DNA of 64,000 nt, taken from Chiloscyllium plagiosum (lineage: Eukaryota). This document shows positions 62,564 to 64,000 of the stretch, piece after piece. The notes under the pieces are model-generated. The model saw nothing but the letters and a program-made list of their open reading frames with translations. It was not told the origin of the DNA and made no database searches. The stretch covers positions 19,095,601 through 19,159,600 of the forward strand of contig NC_057720.1 of NCBI RefSeq assembly GCF_004010195.1, given 5' to 3'. Position 1 is the first letter of the stretch. Each line of letters opens with the position of its first letter. Both the position numbers and the translations under genes were made by a program.

Positions 62564-62816
62564 ATGGGTGGAGGCAGAAATTGAAGGCTGTAGGTTTTGA
62601 GATAGAAAGGATTTGCATTTCACTTTCTGATTAAGTCTCCCAACACATTGTTTACATTTGATTGCTTCTGCATAGGCTTTGAAAGTCTCAAATCTATCAT
62701 ATCTTGTCCCTAGTTATATCTCAATTCAATGCTCCTTCATTATGTACTTGCTCATATTGCATCCAAATTCATCTCGTGTGTGATGTTTACATTGACACAT
62801 GATTTAGAGGTGTCGA

Positions 62817-63380
62817 TGTTAGGTTCTTTTCCCAAGGTTTTCCACACGAGATACAATTTGCGCACACCAAATTCTGTAAACAGTTAAGGTTTATTAAAGC
62901 TTGTACAATTTCGGTGACCCTTTTAGATCCCCCTCACAGGCATTCGATGTTGAGTCAAAGTGAGACACTGAACAAAGAAAACACATCCCCTTTCTCCAGG
63001 TCAGTTGGCCATGCTTACAGATGCTCTGGCCAATCCCCCACAGTCACATGCCCCTCAAGACATACCCCAGTTACTCACAGTCACATGTTATTCCAGGTAC
63101 AATGGCACGATGAGATCATCCTTTGAAATAATGCAAATGCTAATGCCCTAATCGTGGGGAATCGTTATGCAGACAATTTCCTGACTCAGTGATTTTCCCA
63201 AGACAATGTAAGTGCAAAATAGCTCTGGCCAGAAAACATTTCTGAATGGAAGAAATTGAACGATAGTTTAACTTGACAATAGCAAGGGGAATAGTAGCAA
63301 TGATGTCTAATTGGGGTGTGGGTGATTCGCATTCTTGCCTATCGTCCCCACCCAAAGATAATGCAGTTTAACCCTTAACA
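62817..63380 (-). mobile_element. Possible solo LTR
   Basis: TGTTAGG...CCTTAACA termini and AATAAA on the minus strand near 62890; no TSD confirmed. Confidence 0.35.
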
Positions 63381-63431
63381 TTATATTGTCCAGAGAGAGA
63401 TTCCCATTTAATCTTTTAAATTTACACCCAT

Positions 63432-63783
63432 GTTGGACTGGGGTGGACAAAGTTAAAAAATCACATAACTCCAGATTACAGTCCAACAGGCTTATTTGAA
63501 AGCACTAGCTTTCGAGGTGCTGCCTCTTCATCAGTTGGTTGTGGAACATGACCATATGACACAGAATGTACAACAAACAAGTTACAGTGTCATGGAGTTG
63601 TAATGATATATTAAACTTTAGTTGTTTAATCTCTCTTTACAACTTCATGACACTAACTTGTTTGCTATAAATTCCGTCCATATGGTCATATTCCACAACC
63701 AACTGATGAAGAGGCAGCGCTCCGAAAGCTAGTGCTTCCAAATAAACCTGTTAGACTATAACCTGGTGTTGTGTGGTTTTTAC
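63432..63783. mobile_element. Family-B PLE-derived inverted element with a hammerhead motif in each arm
   Basis: Arms about 63452-63600 (minus) and 63640-63783 (plus); motifs CTGATGAAGAGGCAGCACCTCGAAAGCTAGTG (minus, 63503-63534) and CTGATGAAGAGGCAGCGCTCCGAAAGCTAGTG (plus, 63703-63734). Confidence 0.78.
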
Positions 63784-64000
63784 AGTGACACAGTTTCCCA
63801 TTTATTTGTTCAATTACATGATACTGCACTTTAACTTGGTCATTTATAGATTATTTTAACTATTGTTTTGTTGCCCAATTTTACATATATTTTTACTAAG
63901 GCTGATGCTTTGCCTGTATTAGCGTATGGATGAAAATGGAATAGTGTAGGATAGATGGGCTTCAGATTGGTTCCACAGGTCAGCGCAACTTCGAGGGCCG

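Noticed and set aside
674..63355. Remaining 60-150 aa ORFs in the track as host genes
   Set aside because: They fall in decayed TEs or AT-rich intron, lack recognisable domains or splice-consistent structure, and many start at non-ATG codons.

Overview
Repeat-dense eukaryotic DNA from a cartilaginous fish (inferred from HE1/V-type tRNA SINEs and shark-type CR1 LINEs). The window lies inside a + strand FNBP1L (TOCA-1, F-BAR) gene, with two small coding exons (30663-30778, 60175-60228) and very large introns. The introns hold CR1, L2, Rex1/Babar and L1/Tx1 LINEs, a Ty3/gypsy pol with integrase placed before RT (Gmr1-like), a Charlie-type hAT derivative and SINEs. They also hold more than a dozen Penelope-like element (PLE) termini carrying minimal hammerhead-ribozyme motifs of three sequence families. 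Main findings: (1) the hammerhead/PLE mini-elements have TSDs, inverted tailed/tail-less arms and a strong polarity bias; (2) an ~11.9 kb block bounded by inverted PLE termini and a 19-bp direct repeat splits an L2; (3) that block contains an intronless RBPMS2 retrocopy that the ORF track misses; (4) a CR1-Gmr1-CR1 chimera. Most ORF-track entries are TE fragments or noise. Repeat boundaries are approximate unless a TSD or splice site is quoted. All family calls are from motif recognition, not database searches.
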